A stretch of 64,000 nt of DNA. Source: Terriglobia bacterium. Its GTDB lineage: Bacteria; Acidobacteriota; Terriglobia; Acidiferrales; UBA7541. A model generated the notes under the pieces. It had not been told where the DNA came from. It did no database searches and worked only from the letters and a program-made list of their open reading frames with translations. This document shows, piece after piece, positions 39,115 to 47,206 of the stretch. The stretch lies in assembly GCA_963695545.1 (NCBI GenBank), contig OY968796.1, positions 2,496,001-2,560,000 on the forward strand, in the 5' to 3' direction. Made by a program: the position numbers and the translations under genes. How positions within the stretch are numbered: position 1 is the first letter of the stretch; the number at the start of each line of letters is the position of its first letter.

Positions 39115-40050
39115 ATGGCAACATTCCTCGTACAACTTCCCACCACGCTCGCCGTGTCTGTCTGCGCGGCCGCAGCCATTACTTGCGTTTATCTCTTGCT
39201 CCGAAAGCGCACCGCTGCGTCGCGCGTTCGCATTCTTGTGACCTCGAGTGCATGCTTGCTCGCTCTCATGCTGGGCTTCGGCCTCCTGCACCGGCCCCCG
39301 CACGTCGCCGCGAGCCAGACCAACAGCACAGCGGCCAGCCGCGCTGGCCCCGCTTCTCGCACCGCAACGACGGGGAAGCTACTCTCCGTTTCCTCCGCCT
39401 CAAGGCCGGTGGACGCGCCGCGATCCGTGTACGGACACTCGATCGTGAAGGGTGGAATTCACAGCCTCGGCGAATTGCTCGAAGTGATCGCCACCGACCC
39501 GCTCGCCGCGCAGCACTACAAAGGTTTCGACATCACCCGCGCGCACTTCATCCGCCTTGACCACAACATCATGGCCTACGTCTCTTACCGCGTGGATGGA
39601 AAGGGAATCTACTGGACGAGCAAGCCCGAACTGATTATGGCCGGCGAAGAGGTCATCACCGACGGAACCAATTTCATTCGCGCCCGCTGTGGCAACATGA
39701 TTTCCTACGCTCCGCAGAGTCCGGCGGAAACTGATTCCCCGACCGATACCAATACCATCGTCGAAACCTTCACGCCTTTCGCCGATCCGCCGCTTGCCAC
39801 CATCGAAGGCGTTCCGCCAAGCGGCACTCCTGCCGCAGCTCCGCCGGCCGGTAATCCTCCTGCGAGTTGCTGCTCAGGACCAGGATTCTTTCCGCCGCCG
39901 ATTTTCACCACGCCGCCGACGCCCTACACGCCCATCGGTCCGGTCACGCCGCCCACCACCGATGTCGACGAGATCTCCGTGCGCGGCGCCTTTTTCTCGC
40001 TGTTGACCGCGCTCCTGGGGCTCTTGCTTATCCGCAAGCTTCTTCCGTAA
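39115..40050 (+). CDS. Hypothetical membrane/surface protein with Pro-rich linker and PEP-CTERM-like tail
   Basis: GAGGGGG RBS; two N-terminal hydrophobic segments; 'ITDG...RARCGN' core; Pro/Thr-rich linker; C-terminal 'VDE'-hydrophobic helix-'RK'. Confidence 0.7.
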   Translation: MATFLVQLPTTLAVSVCAAAAITCVYLLLRKRTAASRVRILVTSSACLLALMLGFGLLHRPPHVAASQTNSTAASRAGPASRTATTGKLLSVSSASRPVDAPRSVYGHSIVKGGIHSLGELLEVIATDPLAAQHYKGFDITRAHFIRLDHNIMAYVSYRVDGKGIYWTSKPELIMAGEEVITDGTNFIRARCGNMISYAPQSPAETDSPTDTNTIVETFTPFADPPLATIEGVPPSGTPAAAPPAGNPPASCCSGPGFFPPPIFTTPPTPYTPIGPVTPPTTDVDEISVRGAFFSLLTALLGLLLIRKLLP

Positions 40051-40078
40051 CGCGCACCTGGGCGCGCCGGCGCGCGGC

Positions 40079-41074
40079 TCACGCCCTCGCGTCGCCGTAG
40101 CCGTTGGGATGCGTGCGGTGCCACTCCCACGCGCTCGCGATGATGCTCTCGAGCGATGCGAACTTCGGAGTCCATCCGAGTTCGCGCTCGATTTTTTCCG
40201 AACTTGCCACCAGCACCGGCGGGTCGCCCGGCCGGCGCCCTTCGATCTCCGCTGGAATTGGATGCCCCGTCACGCGCCGCGCCGTTTCCACCACTTCCCG
40301 CACGCTGAATCCTTTTCCGTTTCCCAGGTTGTAAATCAACGGAGCGCGGTCTTCGAGCGCGCCGAGCGCCAGCACATGTGCCTGAGCCAGATCGGACACG
40401 TGAATGTAATCGCGGATGCACGTGCCGTCCGGCGTCGGGTAATCGTCGCCGAAAATCTTGATGCTCTTATGCTGGCCCAGCGCCACTTGCAGGGTGCGCG
40501 GAATCAAATGCGATTCCGGAGTGTGATCCTCTCCGCGATTGGGAGTTCCGCCGGCGACGTTGAAATACCGCAGCGTGGCATAGCGCAGGCCGCGAAGTTG
40601 ATGGAACCACGCCAGCATCTGTTCCACCATCAGCTTCGATTCTCCGTACGGATTCGTCGGCCGTTTCGGCGCCGTCTCCTCGATCGGCGAGCGCTCCGGA
40701 CTGCCAAACACCGCCGCAGTTGACGAAAACACCAGCTTCGTCACGCCGTGAGCGAACATGGCCTCGATCAAACGCAGTGTGTTGAACGTATTGTTATGGA
40801 AATAAATCTCGGGAATCTGCATCGATTCGCCGACTTCCGCGAGCGCCGCGAAGTGCATCACCGCGTCCACCTGCTCCGCGGAAAACGCGCGCTCGAGCGT
40901 TTGCCCGTCTCCCACGTTTCCTACCACCAACTCCGCGCGTTCCGGCACCGCGCCGCGGTGGCCGCGGCGCAGGTCGTCGATTACAACCACGCGATGGCCT
41001 AAATCGAGCAGCTGTGCCGCGACGGTGCTGCCGATATATCCGGCGCCTCCGGTCACCAGAATGCGCATTCCCAT
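40079..41074 (-). CDS. galE: UDP-glucose 4-epimerase
   Basis: 'LVTGGAGYIGS', 'HFAA', 'FSSTAA', 'YGESK', 'LRYFN', 'DGTCIRDYIHV.DLA'. Confidence 0.95.
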   Translation of the reverse strand: MGMRILVTGGAGYIGSTVAAQLLDLGHRVVVIDDLRRGHRGAVPERAELVVGNVGDGQTLERAFSAEQVDAVMHFAALAEVGESMQIPEIYFHNNTFNTLRLIEAMFAHGVTKLVFSSTAAVFGSPERSPIEETAPKRPTNPYGESKLMVEQMLAWFHQLRGLRYATLRYFNVAGGTPNRGEDHTPESHLIPRTLQVALGQHKSIKIFGDDYPTPDGTCIRDYIHVSDLAQAHVLALGALEDRAPLIYNLGNGKGFSVREVVETARRVTGHPIPAEIEGRRPGDPPVLVASSEKIERELGWTPKFASLESIIASAWEWHRTHPNGYGDARA

Positions 41075-41205
41075 TGTGTTTTGCGATCCCCCGTCGTTGT
41101 GAAATGTGCTCCGAAATATGTCCGGCGATCTTGCGCGCGCACGCTTTTCAGGAGCAAACTTCTGTCCCGCCGATCATAGCATCCGGCGCGCGGCGATCAG
41201 AAGAT

Positions 41206-42630
41206 ATGACCCCCGAAGAGTTTCGCAAGCTCGGACACCAACTGATTGACTGGGTCGCGGACTACCGCGCGCGCCTCGCGTCGCTGCCCGTCGCGCCAAA
41301 CTCCAAGCCCGGCGAAATTCGCAAGAAGTTGCCTTCAGATCCCCCCGATGCGCCGGAATCTTTCGACGCGATTTTCCGCGATCTCGATCGCATCCTGATG
41401 CCCGGGCTCTTGCATTGGCAGCATCCCAGCTTCTTCGGTTATTTCCCGTCGAACGCGGATTTAGCCAGCGTGCTGGGCGATTACCTCAGCACCGGCTTGG
41501 GAGTTCTCGGTCTTTCCTGGCAATCGAGTCCCGCGCTGACGGAGCTTGAAGAGGTCACCACCGATTGGGTGCGCCGCATGGTCGGTTTGTCCGACGCCTG
41601 GAGCGGCGTGATTCAAGACACAGCTTCCACCAGCACGCTCGTCGCCTTGATTTCCGCGCGCGAGAGGTCCACGAACTACGGCCTTGCCGCCGGGGGATTG
41701 CAATCATCGCCACAGCGACTCACCGTTTATGTCGCCGCGCACAGCAACAGTTCGGTCGAAAAAGCCGCGCTGCTTGCTGGTTTCGGCCGAAACAACGTCC
41801 GCATGGTGCCGCACGATGCCGAATACGCCATGCGTCCCGACGCGCTTGAGGAAATGATCGCGCGCGATATTGCCGATGGCGCCCTGCCGTGCGCCGTCGT
41901 CGCCACCACCGGCACCACCGCCACCACCGCGTTCGATCCCATCGAAGCCATCGCCGTAGTCGCGCGCAGGAATAAAATCTGGCTGCACGTCGATGCCGCC
42001 ATGGCCGGAGCCTCCATGATCTTGCCGGAATGCCGCCCGCTCTGGCAGGGAATCGAGCAGGCCGATTCGCTGGTTGTGAACGCCCACAAATGGTTGGGTG
42101 CCGCGTTTGATTGCTCGCTTTACTACGTGCGCGACGCGCAGCATCTGATTCGGGTTTTCTCCACGAATCCCAGTTATCTGCAATCCGCCGCCGACGCGCA
42201 GGTGAAAAATTTCCGCGATTGGGGAATTCCGCTCGGACGCCGCTTTCGCGCGCTGAAACTTTGGTGTTTGATTCGCGAGCAAGGAGTGCGCGGCCTGCAA
42301 ACGCGATTGCGCCGCGATCTTGCGAACGCCCGTTGGCTCGCCGCTCAAATCGCCGCCGCGCCCGGATGGCGCGTGCTCGCGCCCGTTCGCTTGCAAACGC
42401 TTTGCGTGCGCCACGATTCTGCGAGCCCCGCGGCGCTTGTTGGCGAAGATCTCGATCGCCACACGCTCGATTGGGTGGGCCGCGTGAATCGTTCGGGCCG
42501 CGCTTACCTCACGCCCGCGGTGCTCGACGGCCGGTGGATGGTTCGTGTTTCGATCGGCGCGGAGATGTCCGAACTCGAAGATGTGCGCGCACTCTGGACG
42601 CTCATGCGCGAAGAAGCCGAGCGCGTCTAA
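41206..42630 (+). CDS. Group II PLP-dependent aromatic-L-amino-acid decarboxylase family protein
   Basis: 'HWQHP.FFGYFP', 'SPALTELE', 'GTTATTAFD', 'WLHVDAA', PLP lysine in 'NAHKW', 'LGRRFRALKLW'. Confidence 0.92.
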   Translation: MTPEEFRKLGHQLIDWVADYRARLASLPVAPNSKPGEIRKKLPSDPPDAPESFDAIFRDLDRILMPGLLHWQHPSFFGYFPSNADLASVLGDYLSTGLGVLGLSWQSSPALTELEEVTTDWVRRMVGLSDAWSGVIQDTASTSTLVALISARERSTNYGLAAGGLQSSPQRLTVYVAAHSNSSVEKAALLAGFGRNNVRMVPHDAEYAMRPDALEEMIARDIADGALPCAVVATTGTTATTAFDPIEAIAVVARRNKIWLHVDAAMAGASMILPECRPLWQGIEQADSLVVNAHKWLGAAFDCSLYYVRDAQHLIRVFSTNPSYLQSAADAQVKNFRDWGIPLGRRFRALKLWCLIREQGVRGLQTRLRRDLANARWLAAQIAAAPGWRVLAPVRLQTLCVRHDSASPAALVGEDLDRHTLDWVGRVNRSGRAYLTPAVLDGRWMVRVSIGAEMSELEDVRALWTLMREEAERV

Positions 42631-42654
42631 CTCGTGCGCTCCTGAATTAATTCC

Positions 42655-42948
42655 CTAACAGACCCAGCCGCCCGCTTCGATTTCCGTGGGGGTGTTCTCA
42701 CGTTTCGATTTCGCGTCTGTGGCGCCATCGCGCGGCCAGGTACCCAGCAAAATCACGGTTCCGATGGTCGCAGAAACGTGAACGTAGAAAACGCGTGTCG
42801 GCCCTTCGAGTTCATAAAAATCCGCGCGATGCGGATCCGGACGCGCCGGGGCATCCGATGCGAGCAATCGCTTCAGCTCGTCGACCACCTCGGCGGGATA
42901 ATTGCGTAAATTTTCGATATCGATATGCTGCTTTTGCTCTTCGCTCAT
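42655..42948 (-). CDS. Small hypothetical protein (97 aa), possible RelE/ParE-like fold
   Basis: GAGGG RBS; globular-looking sequence; upstream ECF-type promoter; fold is inferred. Confidence 0.7.
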   Translation of the reverse strand: MSEEQKQHIDIENLRNYPAEVVDELKRLLASDAPARPDPHRADFYELEGPTRVFYVHVSATIGTVILLGTWPRDGATDAKSKRENTPTEIEAGGWVC

Positions 42949-43050
42949 GTCCCTCAGTTCCTTCCCGTTTCCTTCATCCTAAAACACCTCAGGCTCTTGG
43001 CTCCTGTGGAGCCCGAATATTTGAGCCCGATCAGCCTGCTTATTTGGATA

Positions 43051-43076
43051 TACGCAACTCGGCGTAGAATGTTTCA
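43051..43076 (-). promoter_or_regulatory. ECF sigma-type promoter TGAAAC-N16-CGTA
   Basis: Minus strand reads TGAAAC ATTCTACGCCGAGTTG CGTA, matching the SigW-like ECF consensus, about 100 nt upstream of 42948. Confidence 0.55.
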
Positions 43077-43399
43077 AGGCGATGTCTTATCGCCGCGCTA
43101 TCGGTCTTCGATCGGTGAGTGGTAACAGCTCGTCCCCGCGTTGGGACATCCGCACTCGGACGCAATATCGCCTTGTTTATTTTGATGGCGTTGAGGCCAT
43201 TCGAGTGCACCAAATTTGCTTCTAGTTTCCATCACAATATTAGATGTGCCAGCGCCATATCGGTTGCCGCGAACGCCGGCGGCCTAGCCGGTCCGCCAAC
43301 CCCACCTGTACCAGTTCTGTACGTCAGTCCAATGGTCTCCCGCGCGTCCGAAGCGTAACGTCGCAGTAGACGACCGCGGCCGCATTCACCCGTAACCCA

Positions 43400-43457
43400 C
43401 GGGGTCCGGTCGTGTTCGCACTGGCCCTCGCAGCTGTGCGAACATGGCCGGGCCCCG
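43400..43457 (+). ncRNA. 22-bp RNA stem-loop in an intergenic region (unclassified structured RNA candidate)
   Basis: CGGGGTCCGGTCGTGTTCGCAC pairs with GTGCGAACATGGCCGGGCCCCG; all 3 non-Watson-Crick positions are G-U on the + strand. Confidence 0.4.
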
Positions 43458-43641
43458 CGGTCGCGCATTTCACTCTTTCTGAATTGCTGCCTTCACCTTT
43501 ATTATCCGTTCGGTTTATACATCTATTGGTGCTACTGGCATGGGTACTTGCGCCCGTAGGTTCGCGGCTGCGATAGTAGGTGATCGGTCAGTCCCGAAAG
43601 AACCTATCCGATAAAGAACCCCGACGGAGCTTCGTTTGAAG

Positions 43642-43884
43642 ATGAAAAAGGTGAGAGTCAACGCAATCGCGATTTCCAAAACCAAAGCCGTAAAGAAAAA
43701 GGGACCACCCAGCTTCAGCACGGATCGGCGCCGCAAGCATCGCCACTGGCAAGTCACCGTCTTTTATCGTGACGGCGAACGTTTCGCGCGCATTTACACC
43801 GATCGCGGCCGGGCTACCCGCTTCGCCAGTCGTCAAAAAAGATCGCCCGTGGTGCGCTCCGCTCGCGTGCGCCAGGTTCACTAA
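43642..43884 (+). CDS. Small basic hypothetical protein (80 aa)
   Basis: GGAG RBS upstream (alternative start TTG 43636); Lys/Arg-rich, with a beta-like core 'WQVTVFYRDGERFARIY'. Confidence 0.7.
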   Translation: MKKVRVNAIAISKTKAVKKKGPPSFSTDRRRKHRHWQVTVFYRDGERFARIYTDRGRATRFASRQKRSPVVRSARVRQVH

Positions 43885-43981
43885 CCGCGGTCCGCGCCAC
43901 ACGGAAGCGAATACATTCCAAATTTCGCGTGTCTCGTCCGCCGTTCTCGCCGTTTGGGCGCGCGACGCGCGTCCGGCGATC

Positions 43982-44010
43982 TTGTCCCCGCTGAACGCCC
44001 ATGCTATAAA
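43982..44010 (+). promoter_or_regulatory. Sigma70-like promoter of tRNA-Gly
   Basis: TTGTCC-N17-TATAAA with extended -10 TG. Confidence 0.5.
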
Positions 44011-44023
44011 TTGGCTGGTCTGA

Positions 44024-44097
44024 GCGGCCGTAGTATAGGGGTAGTACGACAGCTTGCCAAGCTGTAGGCGGGGGTTCGAGTCCCCTCGGCCGCTCCA
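44024..44097 (+). tRNA. tRNA-Gly (GCC)
   Basis: Acceptor GCGGCCG/CGGCCGC-T-CCA; anticodon arm ACAGC-TTGCCAA-GCTGT; T-loop GGTTCGAGTCC. Confidence 0.97.
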
Positions 44098-44136
44098 TTC
44101 ATCGAGTCCGGCACACCTGGCCCGTAACAAACGCCG

Positions 44137-44634
44137 ATGCTCGCATACCTCTGCGGTCCCATCGAGTTCTCCGCCGACGGCGGCAAGATGTGGCGCCGCA
44201 AGCTCGCCCCTTTTCTCAGCCAGGATCTCGGCCATCGCGTCTACGATCCCGCCGAGGATGAGAAGAAAAATCTCACCGACGAAGAGACCGCGCATTTTCG
44301 CGAATGGAAGACGTCCGACGTCGAGCGATTTCGCCGCGCCGTGCGCAAAATTATCCGTTTCGACCTCGATCTGATCGAAAACAAGGCCGACTATTTGATC
44401 TGCCATCTCGCCGCATCCGAAGTCGCGAGCGCCAGCGGCGGCACATCTGCGGAGCTGACGCTGGCGTACCGCCGCGGCATCCCCGTCTACATGGTCACCG
44501 ATTTGCCGCCCGACCAAATCAGCGGCTGGATGCTCGCCTGCGCCGACCAGGTTTTCGATTCAATCGACGCCCTTAAGAAATTTCTGCTCGAACGTTACGG
44601 CCGAGAGAAACAGGCGCCCCTCTGGACCGAATGA
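44137..44634 (+). CDS. Nucleoside 2-deoxyribosyltransferase-like / N-glycosidase fold protein
   Basis: 'YLCGPI', 'WR', 'YDP', 'DLDLI..ADYLI', 'GT.AEL.LAY..GIPVY' pattern. Confidence 0.72.
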   Translation: MLAYLCGPIEFSADGGKMWRRKLAPFLSQDLGHRVYDPAEDEKKNLTDEETAHFREWKTSDVERFRRAVRKIIRFDLDLIENKADYLICHLAASEVASASGGTSAELTLAYRRGIPVYMVTDLPPDQISGWMLACADQVFDSIDALKKFLLERYGREKQAPLWTE

Positions 44635-45269
44635 GCGACACCCCGCCAACGGTCGAAATCGTCGTCGCCAGCACCCGCCGCCCGAAGCTCGATGCTGTGC
44701 GCGACGCGCTCGATGTCCTTTGGCCAAAGTTGTGCCCAGAAATGGCGCTGCCAGGCTCGCGTTTTGAAATCGTCGCGCGCGAAGTCCCCTCGGGTGTGCG
44801 TGAAACCCCACTGAGCCGCGCGGAATCCATGGCCGGCGCCCGCAATCGCGCCGAAGCGCTTGTGCAAATCGCGCGCCAAGAAAATCTGGCGTGGCGATAT
44901 TTTGTTGGCCTCGAAGGTGGCCTTGACGTCATCGAACAAAATAGTCGCCGCGTTGCGTTTCTCACTAGCTGGGCGTACGTCACCGATGGTTCAGGCCGCG
45001 GCGCATTCGGCCAATCCGGCGCAATCGCACTTCCTGATGCGCTCGCGCGCGAAGTTCTCGACAATGGTGCCTCCTTAAGCGCCGCAATCGATGCCTTCGC
45101 GGCGCGCAGCGGCGTGCGCGACGCCGAGGGCGCCTGGGGCGTGCTCACCGCCGGATTGATCACGCGCCGCGATTCGTTCCGCATCGGCGTCATCAACGCC
45201 TTCGCGCCGTTTTTCAACGCCGGCATGTACGCTTCCGGAGACGCTCGCGCGCAGCGTGGTTCCGCCTGA
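44631..45269 (+). CDS. yjjX: Non-canonical purine NTP phosphatase (ITPase/XTPase, YjjX/DUF84 family)
   Basis: 'AST..PKLDAV', 'VPSGV.E.P', 'GARNRA', 'GLEGG', 'GAWGVLT.G.ITR'; ATGA overlap with the upstream gene. Confidence 0.85.
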   Translation: MSDTPPTVEIVVASTRRPKLDAVRDALDVLWPKLCPEMALPGSRFEIVAREVPSGVRETPLSRAESMAGARNRAEALVQIARQENLAWRYFVGLEGGLDVIEQNSRRVAFLTSWAYVTDGSGRGAFGQSGAIALPDALAREVLDNGASLSAAIDAFAARSGVRDAEGAWGVLTAGLITRRDSFRIGVINAFAPFFNAGMYASGDARAQRGSA

Positions 45270-45347
45270 GCGCTCGTTCGCATGTTCGTTGTGCCGAGCC
45301 TGTGTTAGGCTAGCGCCAGCGTCGAATGAAGTGCGTGGAGGGCTCGC

Positions 45348-45977
45348 TTGGACATCGTCACCGGCAACATGGGATGGATCGAAGTAATCGTCGGCCCGAT
45401 GTTTTCGGGCAAGAGCGAAGAATTGATCCGTCGCCTGAAGCGCGCGGAAATTGCGCGGCAGCGCGTACAAATTTTCAAGCCGCAGCTCGATACGCGTTAC
45501 TCCGCCACCGAAATCGTCTCCCACTCCGGCTTGGGCATTCGCTCGGAAATCGTGAAGGACGCCGCCGAAGTGCTCGCGCGCGTCGAAGCGCGCACCGAAG
45601 TGATCGGCATCGACGAAGCGCAATTCCTCGGCGATTCGCTCGTCAAAGTTTGCAATCAACTTGCCGACGCCGGCAAACGCGTGATCGTTTCCGGCCTGGA
45701 CACCGATTATCTCGGCCGCCCATTTGAACCCATGCCGCGCCTTTTGGCCGAAGCCGAAGAAATCACCAAGCTCCTCGCCATCTGCATGCGCTGCGGCAAT
45801 CCCGCAGCGCACACCCAGCGGCTGGTGGCCTCTGACGATTTGATCGTCGTCGGCGCCGGCGGAATGTACGAAGCCCGCTGCCGCCGATGCTTTGAGCCGC
45901 AACTCGCGCACGAAAAAGTCGAAGCCGAAAAAGCCGGCAAATCCGTCGCGAACGCTTCCGCCGCCGCGGCGCATTAA
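45348..45977 (+). CDS. tdk: Thymidine kinase
   Basis: '[11 protein letters not shown]', 'IDEAQF', 'SGLDTDY', Zn-site 'CMRCG' and 'YEARCRRC'. Confidence 0.95.
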   Translation: MDIVTGNMGWIEVIVGPMFSGKSEELIRRLKRAEIARQRVQIFKPQLDTRYSATEIVSHSGLGIRSEIVKDAAEVLARVEARTEVIGIDEAQFLGDSLVKVCNQLADAGKRVIVSGLDTDYLGRPFEPMPRLLAEAEEITKLLAICMRCGNPAAHTQRLVASDDLIVVGAGGMYEARCRRCFEPQLAHEKVEAEKAGKSVANASAAAAH

Positions 45978-46010
45978 ACTCCCGGCTTCGTAATCAATCG
46001 CATCTTCCCG

Positions 46011-47114
46011 TCAGCCTCGAATCTCGCTCACGCGGCCGAATGCCGTCTCCGAAAGCGCGCGATGCTCCGCGCCGCCGATCACGCCCGCATCCGCCACCGC
46101 GCCAGCCATTGGATCGGCAGCCGCCCGTAGCCGCTCGATTCGTTCGTTGCTCTCTCGCCATTCGCCGGCGTCAAACCGACCCGCTTCGAGCGCGCGCAGC
46201 ACGGCGTCGATCGCGGGAGCGATGGCCGATTCATCGTGACACAACATCGCCAGGTCCGCGCCAGCGGCAAAAGTTTCGACGGCCGCTCGCCCCGCGCTCG
46301 AAGTTTTCGCAATCGCGCCCATGCCCAGATCGTCGGCAATGATCGCGCCCTGAAATCCCATCCGTTCGCGCAATAGCCCAGTGAGAATCCGCCGCGAAAG
46401 CGAAGCCGGCCGCGCCGCGTCCACCTGCGGCAACAAAATGTGCGCCGTCATGATCAGCGGCACCGATTCCGCGATCGCCGCGGCAAAGGGAACCAGTTCC
46501 GCCGTTTCCAGGCGCTCGAGCGTTCCCGAAAACATCGGCAAATCGAGATGTGGATCCGTCCGCGTGTCGCCGTGCCCCGGAAAATGTTTCGCGCAAGCCA
46601 GCACGTCGCCCTCGCGCAACCCGCGCGCGAAAGCCACGCCCATGCGCGCCACCAGCTCCGGCTCCGCGCCGAAACTGCGCTCTCGCGTGATCGGGCTTTC
46701 CGCTTGAACGTGCAAATCGAGCATCGGCGCGAAATCCAGATTGGCTCCAGCAGTCCGCAACTCTCGCCCGATCGCGCGCGCGATTTCCTCGACCAGCGCG
46801 GCATCGCCAATCCGCCCAAGCGCCGCGGCGCTCGGCCACACCGTGAAGGGCGCCGCGACCGCGAACCGGCCGCTCCCGCCCTCTTGATCGATCCCGATCA
46901 GCACGGGCCTCGCCGCGGCGCGACGAGTCTCAGCCGTGAGCGAGCGAAGTTCCTCGATGCCCCGATAATTGCGCGCGAAAATCGCCACGCCGCCAAGCCC
47001 GGCTTCAAGCAGCGATGCCAGTTCCGGCGTAACGCGCGTGCCTTCAAAGCCGAGCACGAATCGCGCGAGCACTTCCCCCGTCCACTCCGATTTGCGTTTT
47101 GGCATTGCGCTCAT
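46011..47114 (-). CDS. nagZ: Beta-N-acetylhexosaminidase, GH3
   Basis: 'IDQEGG', 'DFAPMLD', 'RSFG', NagZ signature 'KHFPGHG....DPH', 'MTAH', 'DDLGMGA'. Confidence 0.9.
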   Translation of the reverse strand: MSAMPKRKSEWTGEVLARFVLGFEGTRVTPELASLLEAGLGGVAIFARNYRGIEELRSLTAETRRAAARPVLIGIDQEGGSGRFAVAAPFTVWPSAAALGRIGDAALVEEIARAIGRELRTAGANLDFAPMLDLHVQAESPITRERSFGAEPELVARMGVAFARGLREGDVLACAKHFPGHGDTRTDPHLDLPMFSGTLERLETAELVPFAAAIAESVPLIMTAHILLPQVDAARPASLSRRILTGLLRERMGFQGAIIADDLGMGAIAKTSSAGRAAVETFAAGADLAMLCHDESAIAPAIDAVLRALEAGRFDAGEWRESNERIERLRAAADPMAGAVADAGVIGGAEHRALSETAFGRVSEIRG

Positions 47115-47206
47115 CTGCTATCATCCGCTCCGCGGCCCGCAGTCGTTCGTCGCCGTGCAGCGCGACCCAGGCATGAGGCTACTTGCACGAAGGAGGCCGA
47201 GTCAAA

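Noticed and set aside
44024..44097. tRNA-Gly (and tRNA-Leu at 60895) as integration sites of an island
   Set aside because: No integrase and no duplicated tRNA 3' end seen in the window
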